Sequence record: PP496438.1
Length of the DNA: 64,000 bases
Strand: one strand, 5' to 3'
The number at the start of each line of letters is the position of its first letter. The first letter of the stretch is position 1. Positions 1 to 9,648 of this stretch are shown here, in pieces. Under the pieces are notes generated by a model, which saw nothing but the letters and a program-made list of their open reading frames with translations, did no database searches and was not told the DNA's origin. The translations under genes and the position numbers were made by a program.

Positions 1-834
1 GTCCATCTCGTATATAGACTTCTTGCGGCGGTCCAACAGGTACTCGGTCAGCTCATTGACATCCAGTCGCGGTACCTTCTTGACCGTGGGGATCAGGAAA
101 CCCATTGCCTTAAGTTTGGCGAACTGCTTGTCTACGTCCATAGCAGGCTTGACGATCTGATACATGACAACTTTGATCTTCTTGCCCTTGAACACCGGCG
201 GAATGATCTTGCTGTTCGCGGCACCGGCCACCAGATTGCGGGGGTTGGCGAAGTCGTCCTTGAACTGCTCGAAGGTGGCCACCGGCATGATCAGCTCACC
301 ACGGCCTTGCCAACCGTTGGGGATTGGCGGTAGTTCCAGATACGGTGCCACGTGGCTGATGTCCAAGCCTTGGTCCCCGTCGCCACGGGTGTACAGCTCC
401 GGCTTCTTGGGATTGGTAGTACCTTTGATACCGATGGAGATCCCGTCCAGTTTGTCCGACAGCACATAGGGACCTGGGTTCGCCCCGGACCAGCGCATGA
501 TGGACTTCTCATCCAGATACTTATTCATGCTGCCCATGCCGAACGGAAGCGAAGTCTTATTCAGCTCGTTGGACTTTGAACCCACCTGATACAGTTTCTT
601 GTCCACGGTGAGGATGACGGTCTCATACTTGTCGAACTCCGCATCCGTCACGACAGGCACACCAGCGTAGTAGGCGTCTTTCAGCAGTAGGTAGGCGTCG
701 GCTAACTGCTTCTTTGGCACTTCTTTAGCCGCTTCCACCTGCATGGCTTTGCTCAAACTGGAGATGATACCGAACACGAAGTCTTTCAGTTCTTGGCGAC
801 CTTTCTTGGTGCCTATGGTGAACTTGGTCGCCAT
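1..834 (-). CDS. ligA: NAD-dependent DNA ligase, N-terminal part (runs off the left edge)
   Basis: Manual translation from ATG at 834: ...LKDAYYAGVPVVTDAEFDKYE...SMNK...LSDKLDGISI...LYTRGDGDQGLDIS...RGELIM...PRNLVAGAAN...YEMD. Adenylation motif KLDG and LigA motifs are intact; AAGGA RBS. Not in the ORF track because it is truncated. Confidence 0.9.
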   Translation of the reverse strand, partial: MATKFTIGTKKGRQELKDFVFGIISSLSKAMQVEAAKEVPKKQLADAYLLLKDAYYAGVPVVTDAEFDKYETVILTVDKKLYQVGSKSNELNKTSLPFGMGSMNKYLDEKSIMRWSGANPGPYVLSDKLDGISIGIKGTTNPKKPELYTRGDGDQGLDISHVAPYLELPPIPNGWQGRGELIMPVATFEQFKDDFANPRNLVAGAANSKIIPPVFKGKKIKVVMYQIVKPAMDVDKQFAKLKAMGFLIPTVKKVPRLDVNELTEYLLDRRKKSIYEMD

Positions 835-845
835 CTGGATCGTCC

Positions 846-1430
846 TTATATGGGAATGGTGTCTATGTCAGCGAACCGCTGCATGCACCACTTGACGTAG
901 GGTTTTACCTGCTCTGGCCATCGCTTCGTATACCCACGGGCGTACAACTCTACCATGCCGGGCACAGCTTCATAGTAGTTGCCGAAGGGATACACATCGA
1001 AGTTCTTGAGTTTTAAGCCGAGCAGCTGCATCAGTAATTTACCGTTCTGGATAGTCGTAGCATACGCCGGATTATCATAGGTAAACCCCTTACGCCACTC
1101 GTTGAACTTCGGGTCTTGCGGGTTCTGGCCGAGCAAGGACAGCAGCAGGTCCCCGCTACGCAGTTGTTGCAGTGTCGTCCCTTCCTTCTCCAGCAGTGCG
1201 TGCGTACACTCATGCAGCAAGGTGGCCCACGCTTTCGGCTCGGTGAAGAAGGAGTCCCGGAGTAGACAGGTGCCGCCGGTGAATGAAGCAGTAGGCTGGC
1301 CGTTGCCCGGAATCAACGTGAAGGTGTGAGTCCGTGCATAACCGTAGACGGGCGCCCGCATGTTCTGCGGCATCTTGTCGATGATCTTCAGTAACGCCGA
1401 ATTGTCAACCTCTTTCCCACTTCGATCCAC
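846..1430 (-). CDS. hypothetical protein with HExxH motif (possible zinc metallopeptidase)
   Basis: LLHECTHALL zincin-like motif; co-directional with its neighbours. Confidence 0.6.
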   Translation of the reverse strand: MDRSGKEVDNSALLKIIDKMPQNMRAPVYGYARTHTFTLIPGNGQPTASFTGGTCLLRDSFFTEPKAWATLLHECTHALLEKEGTTLQQLRSGDLLLSLLGQNPQDPKFNEWRKGFTYDNPAYATTIQNGKLLMQLLGLKLKNFDVYPFGNYYEAVPGMVELYARGYTKRWPEQVKPYVKWCMQRFADIDTIPI

Positions 1431-1435
1431 CGTTG

Positions 1436-2002
1436 TTACTTTGGGACCTCGGCAACCTCCATCAGATGGGCCACTTCCGCAAAGAGTTCAGCACTGGACA
1501 GCGCCGACATGCGTTCCCGGTACAGCTGAATCTCGATGGGTTCCTCCAGCTCTTTCAGGAACTTTTCCAGCTTGGTCTTGAACCGATCAGTGTACGGCTT
1601 CTGAATGGTGATGTGTGCCTTGTAGTCGGGGAACGTCGGTGCCGCACCAATGCCCAGTAGCTGGTTGTGCAGGTCAGTCAGCTCCTTGCAGTTGACCAGC
1701 AGGACCAGAGTGTCATCCTTGGGGCCGAAAACATCAACACCTGTCACCTCCGCGGTGTACTTGTGCGACGGGTTGAGAACGCCACGGGCTGCTACGTCGT
1801 CGATGGTTGACGAAGAGTACATCACGGTGCAGTGCAGTTCAGACATCGGCATCACGTCTGGCTCACGGTCGTAGCCGGACTTACTCAGCGTCAGCAACAT
1901 CTTGGCGAGGGTCAGTTTGGAGTCCGGGTGGATCTTGACATCTACGTAAGAACCTTCCTTGATCAACGACCGGGCCGTCTCCATTACCTTAACTGTTTTC
2001 AT
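1436..2002 (-). CDS. acb1: 2H phosphoesterase, T4 gp57B/Acb1-like (anti-CBASS nuclease family)
   Basis: Two HxT motifs (LHCTVMYS, YKAHITI), plus GSYV at the N-terminus, TLVLLV and LYRERM, matching the Acb1 layout as I recall it. Confidence 0.75.
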   Translation of the reverse strand: MKTVKVMETARSLIKEGSYVDVKIHPDSKLTLAKMLLTLSKSGYDREPDVMPMSELHCTVMYSSSTIDDVAARGVLNPSHKYTAEVTGVDVFGPKDDTLVLLVNCKELTDLHNQLLGIGAAPTFPDYKAHITIQKPYTDRFKTKLEKFLKELEEPIEIQLYRERMSALSSAELFAEVAHLMEVAEVPK

Positions 2003-2543
2003 TGGTGAACCCCTCGAGTGGGAATAGCGTAGCCGTGGACTTGTCCGGGTTGATCTGAATACTCGCCGGGTTGACTTTCAGGTACTGCTTCAAGATCTTT
2101 TCGATCCGCAGCAAGTCAACGTTCTCTCCTTCCTTTTTCTCTACCCACGGCAGCATCACGTAGGAGTACAGAGCGGGATTGATCAGGACTACGTTGAAGA
2201 ATGCAGTGATGGCGTGGATCAAGGTGTTGCCATCGTGTTTGGTACTGGTCGGGTCTCCTTCCTTACTCCGGAGGATCACCCGAGGTTGGATAGTGTCGTA
2301 GGTGATAATCACCCCGAAACTGTCCGCAAGATTCGCTGGCACATTAACGCCTGCCGGGGCGCCGCGTGTCCAGAACGTAACGCGTGACTTGGTTCCGTCT
2401 GGGCGGTGGATTGTTGCCTTGGTGCAGTATTCCGAGGAAGTCCATAAGACCGGATAGGTCGGGAGGATATCCACCTGGGGGATAGACTTTATCATGGTTG
2501 CCTCTAAGCCAACGGGGCCTTTCGACCCCGTGCCATTGTTCAC
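1989..2543 (-). CDS. hypothetical protein
   Basis: 184-aa ORF; GTGA start/stop overlap with the upstream gene; true start could be the M at about 2494. Confidence 0.6.
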   Translation of the reverse strand: MNNGTGSKGPVGLEATMIKSIPQVDILPTYPVLWTSSEYCTKATIHRPDGTKSRVTFWTRGAPAGVNVPANLADSFGVIITYDTIQPRVILRSKEGDPTSTKHDGNTLIHAITAFFNVVLINPALYSYVMLPWVEKKEGENVDLLRIEKILKQYLKVNPASIQINPDKSTATLFPLEGFTNENS

Positions 2544-3703
2544 TGGGGAACCAGAGGACTCAGTTTGGTCATGGTTTCCGACAGCTCTTTCAGGACGAAT
2601 GCACGCTTGTCCTCCGGCAACTTCTTCATGCTGGATTGAAGCGAGGCGATCACCGCGATTGCCATCCCCAGTTCTTCCTGATACCGGCCCGTCCGGCCTT
2701 GGCGTGCACCGGACGTTTCGGTCTCGCCGTCGTCCACAATCAGACGTTCACCACAACGCTTACACCACCGAGAGTCATCAGCGTTGTTCGCACCGCAGCG
2801 TGGACACTCGATTTCGTCGTCTTTAGGCGGGCCATCCAAGTCATCGCCTTCTTCTTCGAGTTCCTCATCGGTCATCCGTGCCGGGGCGTCGGGATCCTCT
2901 TCGCTTTCCGGTTCCGCCGAATCTTCATCCTCCGTGGTTTCATCTTCGGTGTCGGGATCCTCTTCAGGATCAACTTCAGCCTCCGGGTCTTCCTCGGTTT
3001 CGGTGTCCGCTTCCGGATCATCCTCTTCCATTTCGGCGTCCGGATCCTCTTCTTCGGTGGACGCTTCATCCTCGTCCGGTACTTCCGTTTCCTCTTCCTT
3101 CGCCTTTTTGTCCTTGGCTTTGGTCAGATTCTTGGAAGCTTCCTGCTCTTCATCCGTCGGGCGGAACGTAGGATCTTCCGCGTCGTCGGTGAGGTCAGGA
3201 ACGTCGGTGTCCATTGCGATTGGACGTTCCACGAAGAACGGGGAGTCCTCAGAGTTGCCGTAGGACCGCCCGTACCATGGGCTGGCCTCGTCAAGGATGT
3301 CCGGGATAAGCGACAGCTCGATCTCGCCCGTGCCTTTCAGGTTACCCCGTGCACGACCGATGATACCCACGCCAGACTTGGTTGGGCGGAAGCTCTGAAC
3401 CGAACCCGTGTCATCCAAGACTACAGAGGTCATGTCAGCGGCAACCCGAGTAACCGTGCCGAGGTAGAACTCGGGGTTGGCCCAAGACTTGCCCATGTTT
3501 ACCAGCACACGCTCGCCTTTGTTATAGCGAACGTAGTAGCCAACCTCCATGTGACGAATGGACGCAGCCAGCGTATGCACCTTGGTCCAAAAGCTCTTTC
3601 TCTCCTTGACCGGAACCTTGACGGCGGCGGTTACTTTGTATTGCGTCGAGACGCGATCCAGCGCTTGGCGGAAGGCCGCGTCCGAGGGATTGGCCATGGT
3701 CAT
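2540..3703 (-). CDS. acidic protein with zinc ribbon (probable virion/assembly protein)
   Basis: About 130-aa D/E-rich tract followed by CPRCGANNADDSRWCKRCGE; lies in the structural operon. Confidence 0.7.
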   Translation of the reverse strand: MTMANPSDAAFRQALDRVSTQYKVTAAVKVPVKERKSFWTKVHTLAASIRHMEVGYYVRYNKGERVLVNMGKSWANPEFYLGTVTRVAADMTSVVLDDTGSVQSFRPTKSGVGIIGRARGNLKGTGEIELSLIPDILDEASPWYGRSYGNSEDSPFFVERPIAMDTDVPDLTDDAEDPTFRPTDEEQEASKNLTKAKDKKAKEEETEVPDEDEASTEEEDPDAEMEEDDPEADTETEEDPEAEVDPEEDPDTEDETTEDEDSAEPESEEDPDAPARMTDEELEEEGDDLDGPPKDDEIECPRCGANNADDSRWCKRCGERLIVDDGETETSGARQGRTGRYQEELGMAIAVIASLQSSMKKLPEDKRAFVLKELSETMTKLSPLVPQ

Positions 3704-3704
3704 C

Positions 3705-4535
3705 TTAAGCCACCGTCTGTTCGCTCAGCTGGTTATCCAGGTCCATGTAGAACTGGGGGTTGGCCTTGCAGAGTTCGCTGTAGTATTCCACAACGTCGCC
3801 CGATTGATCTTCAACCGGCATCGGGATGTTAGCCAGCGAATCTGCACCAGCCAGTTGCACGACGGAGATCAGCTGACCCCGGTGCACGGACTCGGTCTGC
3901 ATGGTGTCAGTCGAGTAGATCGTGTCGGCGGTGACCACGTAGCCGTAGTTAACCGAATCGGTCTCGGTGGAGAAGAACGAAGCGTATACGGCGTTACGTG
4001 GATCAGGCATAACGTCGAGCAGAGGCATAACGTCTGCCACGTGCTTGGCGCCCCGGTCTTCTACCGCAGCCATGCTGACCAGATCGGCCAGTTGGTGGTT
4101 GGACGCACGGGACAGGGTGTGCGCACCGGACTCGGCGATGGTCAGGTCCCACAAGGTGTGGTCCACGTTGTCCATCATCACGTTACCCGCCATCTCGCGA
4201 TAACGAGCGGTCTCGGCGTTGGTGCCGATTTCGTTCTTGTCGATGCCACGGATCTCGCGGTTCAGGGCGAGGAAGCCGCTGACTTCGATAGCCGAAGAGT
4301 GAGCACCGCGACCGATCACGGTGAAAGACTCAGTGACCGGGCTGATGCGATTGTCGAAAGCCTTGGCGATGGCTACGCGAGCCTCTTCAACGGACTTCGG
4401 TGCCTTGCTGAACTTGCCGACGACGCGAGCCGTGGAATCGTTGATCACCAGAGCACTGGTCACACTGAAAACTGGAGCCATACCAGTCTTCATCTTAACG
4501 TGGTCGGTGACTTTATTCATATCAAGACGTGCCAT
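3705..4535 (-). CDS. putative virion structural protein
   Basis: 276-aa ORF, strong codon bias, GGAG RBS, structural operon context. Confidence 0.65.
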   Translation of the reverse strand: MARLDMNKVTDHVKMKTGMAPVFSVTSALVINDSTARVVGKFSKAPKSVEEARVAIAKAFDNRISPVTESFTVIGRGAHSSAIEVSGFLALNREIRGIDKNEIGTNAETARYREMAGNVMMDNVDHTLWDLTIAESGAHTLSRASNHQLADLVSMAAVEDRGAKHVADVMPLLDVMPDPRNAVYASFFSTETDSVNYGYVVTADTIYSTDTMQTESVHRGQLISVVQLAGADSLANIPMPVEDQSGDVVEYYSELCKANPQFYMDLDNQLSEQTVA

Positions 4536-4554
4536 TTGTGTATCTCCTAGGGAG

Positions 4555-5277
4555 TTATCGAGGGAAGTTGTTCAGTCGGGAATCCAGAGCGCCCCAGTAG
4601 GAACTCAAGGGACCAGCAGATACACCAGTTGCGCCGGGCACATGCTTGCGCCGACCTTTACCGTTGCCACCTGCCTCACTTCCGTCACCTTTGGTAATCC
4701 CTACCCGGTTCAAGAAGGTCTTGATGCTCTCGACGTTCGCTTGAATGTAATCCATTACACTCTGATCCTGCGACTCGAGGTATTGCGTCATGTCCATGGT
4801 CAACTGGACCGCCGCGCCTTGGTAATCGAACTGGGTTCGACCTTCGTCCATGTACATCGTTCTCAGGGCGACGTGCTCGGCGTATTTGATCCACAGAGCG
4901 TAGATAGCGCCTTGAGCATTGATCATCGAGAACCCAGTAGGAATGACCGCACCGTTGAACATGTCCCGGCCTGCTTTGAGGCAGTTCAGGTAGTCCTCAT
5001 CGGTGAACGCCAAGTCATCCAGACGAAGCTTGCTGTTGATCCGATTGGTGAACTGTCGCAGCTCATCTATCGCCGTCAACATCGACGGATTGATCATATA
5101 CAGTCTCTGTGTACTGTAATTAGTGCTGCCTTGCTGCTTGTACACCACCTGATAGGGCTCGAAGTTGGGCAGCAGGGTATTGGCGGGCAGCACAGCTGAC
5201 ACCTTACCATTCGCCGCGACATCGGCCACCAGTGAAGACCTCAGCAAGTTGTCGAAGTAAACCTCGATGCTGATCAT
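4555..5277 (-). CDS. putative head-tail connector/neck protein
   Basis: 240 aa; helical adaptor-like segment followed by a YQGAAVQL-type motif; function inferred mainly from context. Confidence 0.5.
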   Translation of the reverse strand: MISIEVYFDNLLRSSLVADVAANGKVSAVLPANTLLPNFEPYQVVYKQQGSTNYSTQRLYMINPSMLTAIDELRQFTNRINSKLRLDDLAFTDEDYLNCLKAGRDMFNGAVIPTGFSMINAQGAIYALWIKYAEHVALRTMYMDEGRTQFDYQGAAVQLTMDMTQYLESQDQSVMDYIQANVESIKTFLNRVGITKGDGSEAGGNGKGRRKHVPGATGVSAGPLSSYWGALDSRLNNFPR

Positions 5278-6428
5278 ACGGGAACCTCCGGAAGTGCCGT
5301 GGTCAGTTCGATCACCTTGACCGGAGTGAGTGGTTGCACATCCTGACCGGATAGGGGTGGACTCTCGATCGTCAGATAAGCTTCGGCGAAAGGTCCCAGC
5401 GGATACGCGGTGAAGTACAGCGGAAGGGTGAACTCCGAGCTGGCAGACCCAATGACCACGGAGAACATCTGATCCGTGAAGTCGATGCCCGCATGCCCGG
5501 AACCACCTGGGGTATTACGCAAGTGCAAGCCGAGGGTGTAGGGTTCGATCAGTCCTTGCCCTGCAGAGTCCAGTACGGTCACCTTGAGCACTTCATCGCC
5601 GGGCGACAGCTTGCCAAAAGACACGGACAAGTAGCGCGGAACCTCTTCGTCCTCATGGGGTTGTCGGGCGATAAGACGGGTGCGTTCGTCCGGGATACCC
5701 GTACCCACCGGTGCCTTGAATGTAAGCATCGCATGGTCTACGATGCCGCTGGTGCCAGGCGAACTTAGGTCAATGCTCTGACTCGGAAGGATCAAGGTGG
5801 TAGTGAGTTTGAACGCCGGAATGGTCACACTGCCTTGGATCGACTCGATGTACCCCGGATCTACCGATACGTCACCGGCCAACACGGGCGGCAGCTGTCT
5901 GGTGGTATAGTTCAGGACAAGATCCTTCGCATACACCTGGGACAGCGCCAGCGTCAACTGGAACGGTTGACCTCGAATGACTTCCTGAGACGCGGGAGCA
6001 ATGACCCGCAGGTTGGTAGTGTTGGCATCTTGGTCACTGGCGAACGCCAGCGTGGTGGACAGCTCCACGTCTTGGTTGAACAATGCCACCAGTACGGAAG
6101 ATCCACCCTGTTCCAGATCGACGGTCACTTGAATATCGGTGGATCCGTCTTCATCGATGCCGACCAGTTCATCCTTGAGGAAGAAGTCAATCGTCAGCGA
6201 GTCATAGCTGGTATCTGGCACCACGATGTTGGCCGTCACCTTGACCCGGTAGCGGTTACCCGACGGTAACTTCTTGACGGATGTTACCAGTGCGGGTTCT
6301 TCCCCGGCCAGCAGTGCACCAACCTCATCGCTCACCGCGTAGTGCACGTGTAGGTTGTCGCTGGGTTGCTTGTCGATCAGGAAGGTGTAGCTAAGGGGCA
6401 CGGTGTCCCCAACGGTGTAGGTTGTCAT
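5274..6428 (-). CDS. putative virion protein (beta-rich)
   Basis: 384 aa, V/T/P-rich beta-strand pattern; ATGA coupling to both neighbours. Confidence 0.6.
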   Translation of the reverse strand: MTTYTVGDTVPLSYTFLIDKQPSDNLHVHYAVSDEVGALLAGEEPALVTSVKKLPSGNRYRVKVTANIVVPDTSYDSLTIDFFLKDELVGIDEDGSTDIQVTVDLEQGGSSVLVALFNQDVELSTTLAFASDQDANTTNLRVIAPASQEVIRGQPFQLTLALSQVYAKDLVLNYTTRQLPPVLAGDVSVDPGYIESIQGSVTIPAFKLTTTLILPSQSIDLSSPGTSGIVDHAMLTFKAPVGTGIPDERTRLIARQPHEDEEVPRYLSVSFGKLSPGDEVLKVTVLDSAGQGLIEPYTLGLHLRNTPGGSGHAGIDFTDQMFSVVIGSASSEFTLPLYFTAYPLGPFAEAYLTIESPPLSGQDVQPLTPVKVIELTTALPEVPV

Positions 6429-6862
6429 TGGCCTGACTCCGGTAGGGCGAAGACAATTGGAACCTCATGTTCCTCGGACAGGTCATTCAACGAGTAACGC
6501 ACCAGTTCCTTGAGCCAGCGATAGGTCTTGCCGTTGAAGTACCGGTATCGGCCTTCGATCAGGGTGGGTGTGTAATCGGAATTCAGGTCAGCGATGATGG
6601 TGTCCGCCATGTCGCCGTTGTCTTCCCGCACTTGCCGCACTAGAATGCTGTGCAGAACCCACACGTTGTTACTGTTCTTGTTGTCCCCCAGTAGGACTAA
6701 CTCATCTGTGGGTAGTGCCAGCCCCTGCGCCAGATAAGTGGACACTGGGGCATGCGTGGGGGATTTGGTAAACGTCTGGCCGGGTAACCCGAACGACAAG
6801 GTTGTCGTTAAACGCCTCAAGTACTGAGGGCGGGTCAACGGCTGCGGGGCGATCTTGATCAT
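6425..6862 (-). CDS. hypothetical protein (145 aa; start corrected to MIKIAPQ)
   Basis: ATGA overlap with the upstream stop at 6859-6862; the track's longer start overlaps the upstream gene by about 370 nt. Confidence 0.65.
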   Translation of the reverse strand: MIKIAPQPLTRPQYLRRLTTTLSFGLPGQTFTKSPTHAPVSTYLAQGLALPTDELVLLGDNKNSNNVWVLHSILVRQVREDNGDMADTIIADLNSDYTPTLIEGRYRYFNGKTYRWLKELVRYSLNDLSEEHEVPIVFALPESGQ

Positions 6863-7614
6863 ACTAAATCGTACCTCGACAGTTGATGAACCACCGACGC
6901 ACCGATGCTGTTCAGGTTGATACGATCCCCCGGATGGAAGGCACCTGCGTGGGTGTACACGGGCAACAGGTTGAGCCATGCGTGGCCCATCTCCGGTACA
7001 TACGTCAGCACCAGTACTACCTGATTGAACGTGTGCGTGCCAGAGGCTTCTTCGGGGAAGTTGATCTGATAAAACATGGTGAAGCGCGTGTGGTTGCGAT
7101 TGTTCAGCAGGTGATCCACGCTGCCGTCCACACTGATCGAGGTGAAGTGCTGGTTCAGATACCCGAGTACTTCCTCGTTCAATCTGGCCAGCTCCGCGTT
7201 TTCCTCGTTCAGCAGATTGGTGTAGCAATCGGCGATGGTGTCGATGATGTGTTTGCGCGTTGCACGCAATCCCTTCTCGATAGTTTCCACCACCTTCTCA
7301 TTGTCGAGCCCGGTGTACACGGAGTTCTCGGGAAGGTGCTTGCGAACGTGGTTACGCAGCTGGGTCAGCAAGGTGAACGCGGATGTCATCGAGGCCAGTT
7401 GAATGAACGCGGCATCGGTGTTGTGCGTTGAACCTTCATCCAGCGTAGAGTCAATCACCTGGGTGTTGTGCCCCGGTTCCTCCACGTACGCCTGCAGCAG
7501 CGGATTGATTACGTCTTTGGTGATCGGATACTTCAACAACCCCTCAACCACGCCCAGTGCTTCGGGCAAGGTACGGATGTTGCCGATGCTCTCCATATCT
7601 ACATGCTTAGTCAT
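6859..7614 (-). CDS. putative virion structural protein
   Basis: 251-aa ORF coupled within the structural operon. Confidence 0.6.
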   Translation of the reverse strand: MTKHVDMESIGNIRTLPEALGVVEGLLKYPITKDVINPLLQAYVEEPGHNTQVIDSTLDEGSTHNTDAAFIQLASMTSAFTLLTQLRNHVRKHLPENSVYTGLDNEKVVETIEKGLRATRKHIIDTIADCYTNLLNEENAELARLNEEVLGYLNQHFTSISVDGSVDHLLNNRNHTRFTMFYQINFPEEASGTHTFNQVVLVLTYVPEMGHAWLNLLPVYTHAGAFHPGDRINLNSIGASVVHQLSRYDLV

Positions 7615-7615
7615 A

Positions 7616-8782
7616 TCACAGGATTCCGTTGAACACTTCCTGAGGTTGGATCAACCGGGCCGTCAGCTCGATGAAGATCACGGTATCCCCTTTGGAGTTG
7701 AGCTGGGGACGAGAGCTGGTTACGTACCACACTCTGTTGTATTTGAAGTCCCGGATCAGCGAGTGCTTGCCGATGTTCGAGACGTAGGAAGGAACGCTAA
7801 CCTCGATGTCCGGGCTGTCGTCACCGGTGAGAGATTTGCTGAACGTCGCCACGTCAACCTGCGGGAAGTCGATACGGACCCGCACGCCTTGGCAGTCGAA
7901 GTTGGCTTCGAAGTGCGTGAACTCTTCGTCGCATGTTACCCGGAGGATGTGGGGAAGACCATCTGCCAAGTCGGCCAGTGATGCCACGGGGGTTGTCACG
8001 TCTGTAACCACGGTTGCCAAGGTGAAGCCCTTGATCTCCTCCGTATTGTTCATCAGACGATAGCTGAACAGGTTGCCGCCTTTCGGCACGATCATGTTGA
8101 AGTCCACGTAACCACCGTCAACGTCTGTCGAAGCCAGCGCGAAAGAGTAAGGGCTGGCAATGGTGTTGACGCGGAAGTCCGACATGCCTACCTGATCACC
8201 CACGGTAAGCAGTAGGTGATACCCGCGATAGATCGAATAACCTTTGATGTAGCCCGTGCTAAGGCAAACGCCGCACGTGTTACCACCTGACTCAAGGAAG
8301 TCGTCGCCCATGAACTCTTCATCGAACCGGAGTTCATCGTCGTCATCGATGTCAGTCTCGTCTTCATCCGTGAGCGGATCATCTACTACCATGGTCTGAT
8401 CGAAGTCAACATCCCCTGCGCGGAACGACTTGCGCCTTTTCAGGTCGTTAGCAGAGCCCCGGCCAACGGGTTCCACTGCTCTGGACTCAAGTTCCTCTTC
8501 TTCCTTGTCCAGTTCGTCGGCGTTGTTGAAGAAGTTGTTGAGCTGATCGTTGCTCAGGTTGCCCTTCTTGTCCAGCAGTGGGGCACCTGATTGGCACGTG
8601 CACCGGCGACCGGCACGGATGAACGGATAGAGGATAGCGTCGATGCCAGATGCTTCAATGGCAATGTCCGTCTCCTTCCGTTTACGCTCTTCATAGTAGG
8701 CCACGCCTTGTTCCACGGGTGTCCGTAATCGTTGATTTCGGGCAGTGGAGACTTGCCGGGGCGAGGGTGTGTATCTAGGCAT
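7616..8782 (-). CDS. putative virion (head-closure/neck-like) protein with Cys motifs
   Basis: RRCTCQ and CGVCLSTGYIKGY motifs, acidic linker; first gene of the operon, GAGG RBS. Confidence 0.55.
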   Translation of the reverse strand: MPRYTPSPRQVSTARNQRLRTPVEQGVAYYEERKRKETDIAIEASGIDAILYPFIRAGRRCTCQSGAPLLDKKGNLSNDQLNNFFNNADELDKEEEELESRAVEPVGRGSANDLKRRKSFRAGDVDFDQTMVVDDPLTDEDETDIDDDDELRFDEEFMGDDFLESGGNTCGVCLSTGYIKGYSIYRGYHLLLTVGDQVGMSDFRVNTIASPYSFALASTDVDGGYVDFNMIVPKGGNLFSYRLMNNTEEIKGFTLATVVTDVTTPVASLADLADGLPHILRVTCDEEFTHFEANFDCQGVRVRIDFPQVDVATFSKSLTGDDSPDIEVSVPSYVSNIGKHSLIRDFKYNRVWYVTSSRPQLNSKGDTVIFIELTARLIQPQEVFNGIL

Positions 8783-8796
8783 GAAAACCTCACACT

Positions 8797-8806
8797 AATT
8801 ACATAC
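8797..8806 (-). promoter_or_regulatory. candidate late promoter GTATGTAATT
   Basis: The same 10-mer precedes both minus-strand structural operons (also at 19102-19111). Confidence 0.4.
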
Positions 8807-8822
8807 ATACCGGAAAATCAAC

Positions 8823-8835
8823 GGTAAATGATGGG
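8823..8835 (+). promoter_or_regulatory. candidate phage promoter GGTAAATGATGGG
   Basis: Intergenic, upstream of the RuvC-like gene; member of the recurrent KGTAAATG family. Confidence 0.5.
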
Positions 8836-8907
8836 TATAACGTCATATTCCGAATTAGCATCTTTTGTCCGGTTTCCTTACTACTCAAAAATCTAGGATC
8901 GGTCACT

Positions 8908-9648
8908 ATGCACAGTCAAATAACGGAGGTTTATTCGCTAGGATTTGACCCCGGAAAGAACAACTTTGCTTGGACCTTCACGCTGACTACCAACGTCGGC
9001 GGCAAGCTGGTGCCAGAGATCCTTGAAATGGGATACGTCCTCAGTCCTTTGAAGAACCTGACCGAAGACAACCTGATGGAAGGCACCGAGCATTTCTTCT
9101 TCGACATGCGTATCCTCCTGCTCATGCTCCTGCAGAAGTATGGCCGCATCGATATCGTCGTAGCGGAAAGGTTTCAGGCTCGCGGCCAGAAGACCGGCAC
9201 TACCAGTGAGGTGGTCAGCATGATGATCGGCTTACTGATCCGCTGCATCCGAGAGTGTCACATCAGTCCAGATGTTCGGTTGGTTATTGCCAGCAGCTGG
9301 AAGAACAGTTACAACCGCTGCCTAGATGACAAGGAAGCTTTGCGTAATGCATACAAGCTGTGCCGTGCTGAGGCGCATGAACTCGACGCCAGCTTGATCT
9401 CCCTGTACGGAGCCAACAAGGTAATACAGCGATCCCTTGAATCATCTGGGTCCAAACGAATCGTAGCGTCTACCGCCCCGAACGTGTTCAAGCATTTCGT
9501 CAGTGAGGTAGCCCGCGACTTGTGGCTGTCCATCGTGGAATGCAAGACCGGGGGCCAATTGGTTAACCGAAAGGCCAAGCGCAAATATCACGCTGAGGCA
9601 CCGAATGAGCAAAGCCGAAAGAAGGCCGCAAGCCATAGTCCAGCTTGA
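8908..9648 (+). CDS. ruvC: RuvC-like Holliday junction resolvase
   Basis: RNase H-fold motifs SLGFDPGKNNFAW, IVVAERFQ and HELDASLI. Confidence 0.75.
   Translation: MHSQITEVYSLGFDPGKNNFAWTFTLTTNVGGKLVPEILEMGYVLSPLKNLTEDNLMEGTEHFFFDMRILLLMLLQKYGRIDIVVAERFQARGQKTGTTSEVVSMMIGLLIRCIRECHISPDVRLVIASSWKNSYNRCLDDKEALRNAYKLCRAEAHELDASLISLYGANKVIQRSLESSGSKRIVASTAPNVFKHFVSEVARDLWLSIVECKTGGQLVNRKAKRKYHAEAPNEQSRKKAASHSPA

Noticed and set aside
2784-3263. Ser-rich plus-strand ORF and apparent low-complexity DNA repeats
   Set aside because: A reverse-strand by-product of Asp/Glu codons in the acidic protein; the same applies at 18112-18525.
6863-7228. N-terminal extension of the 6425-7228 ORF
   Set aside because: It overlaps the 6859-7614 gene on the same strand; ATGA coupling supports a start at 6862.
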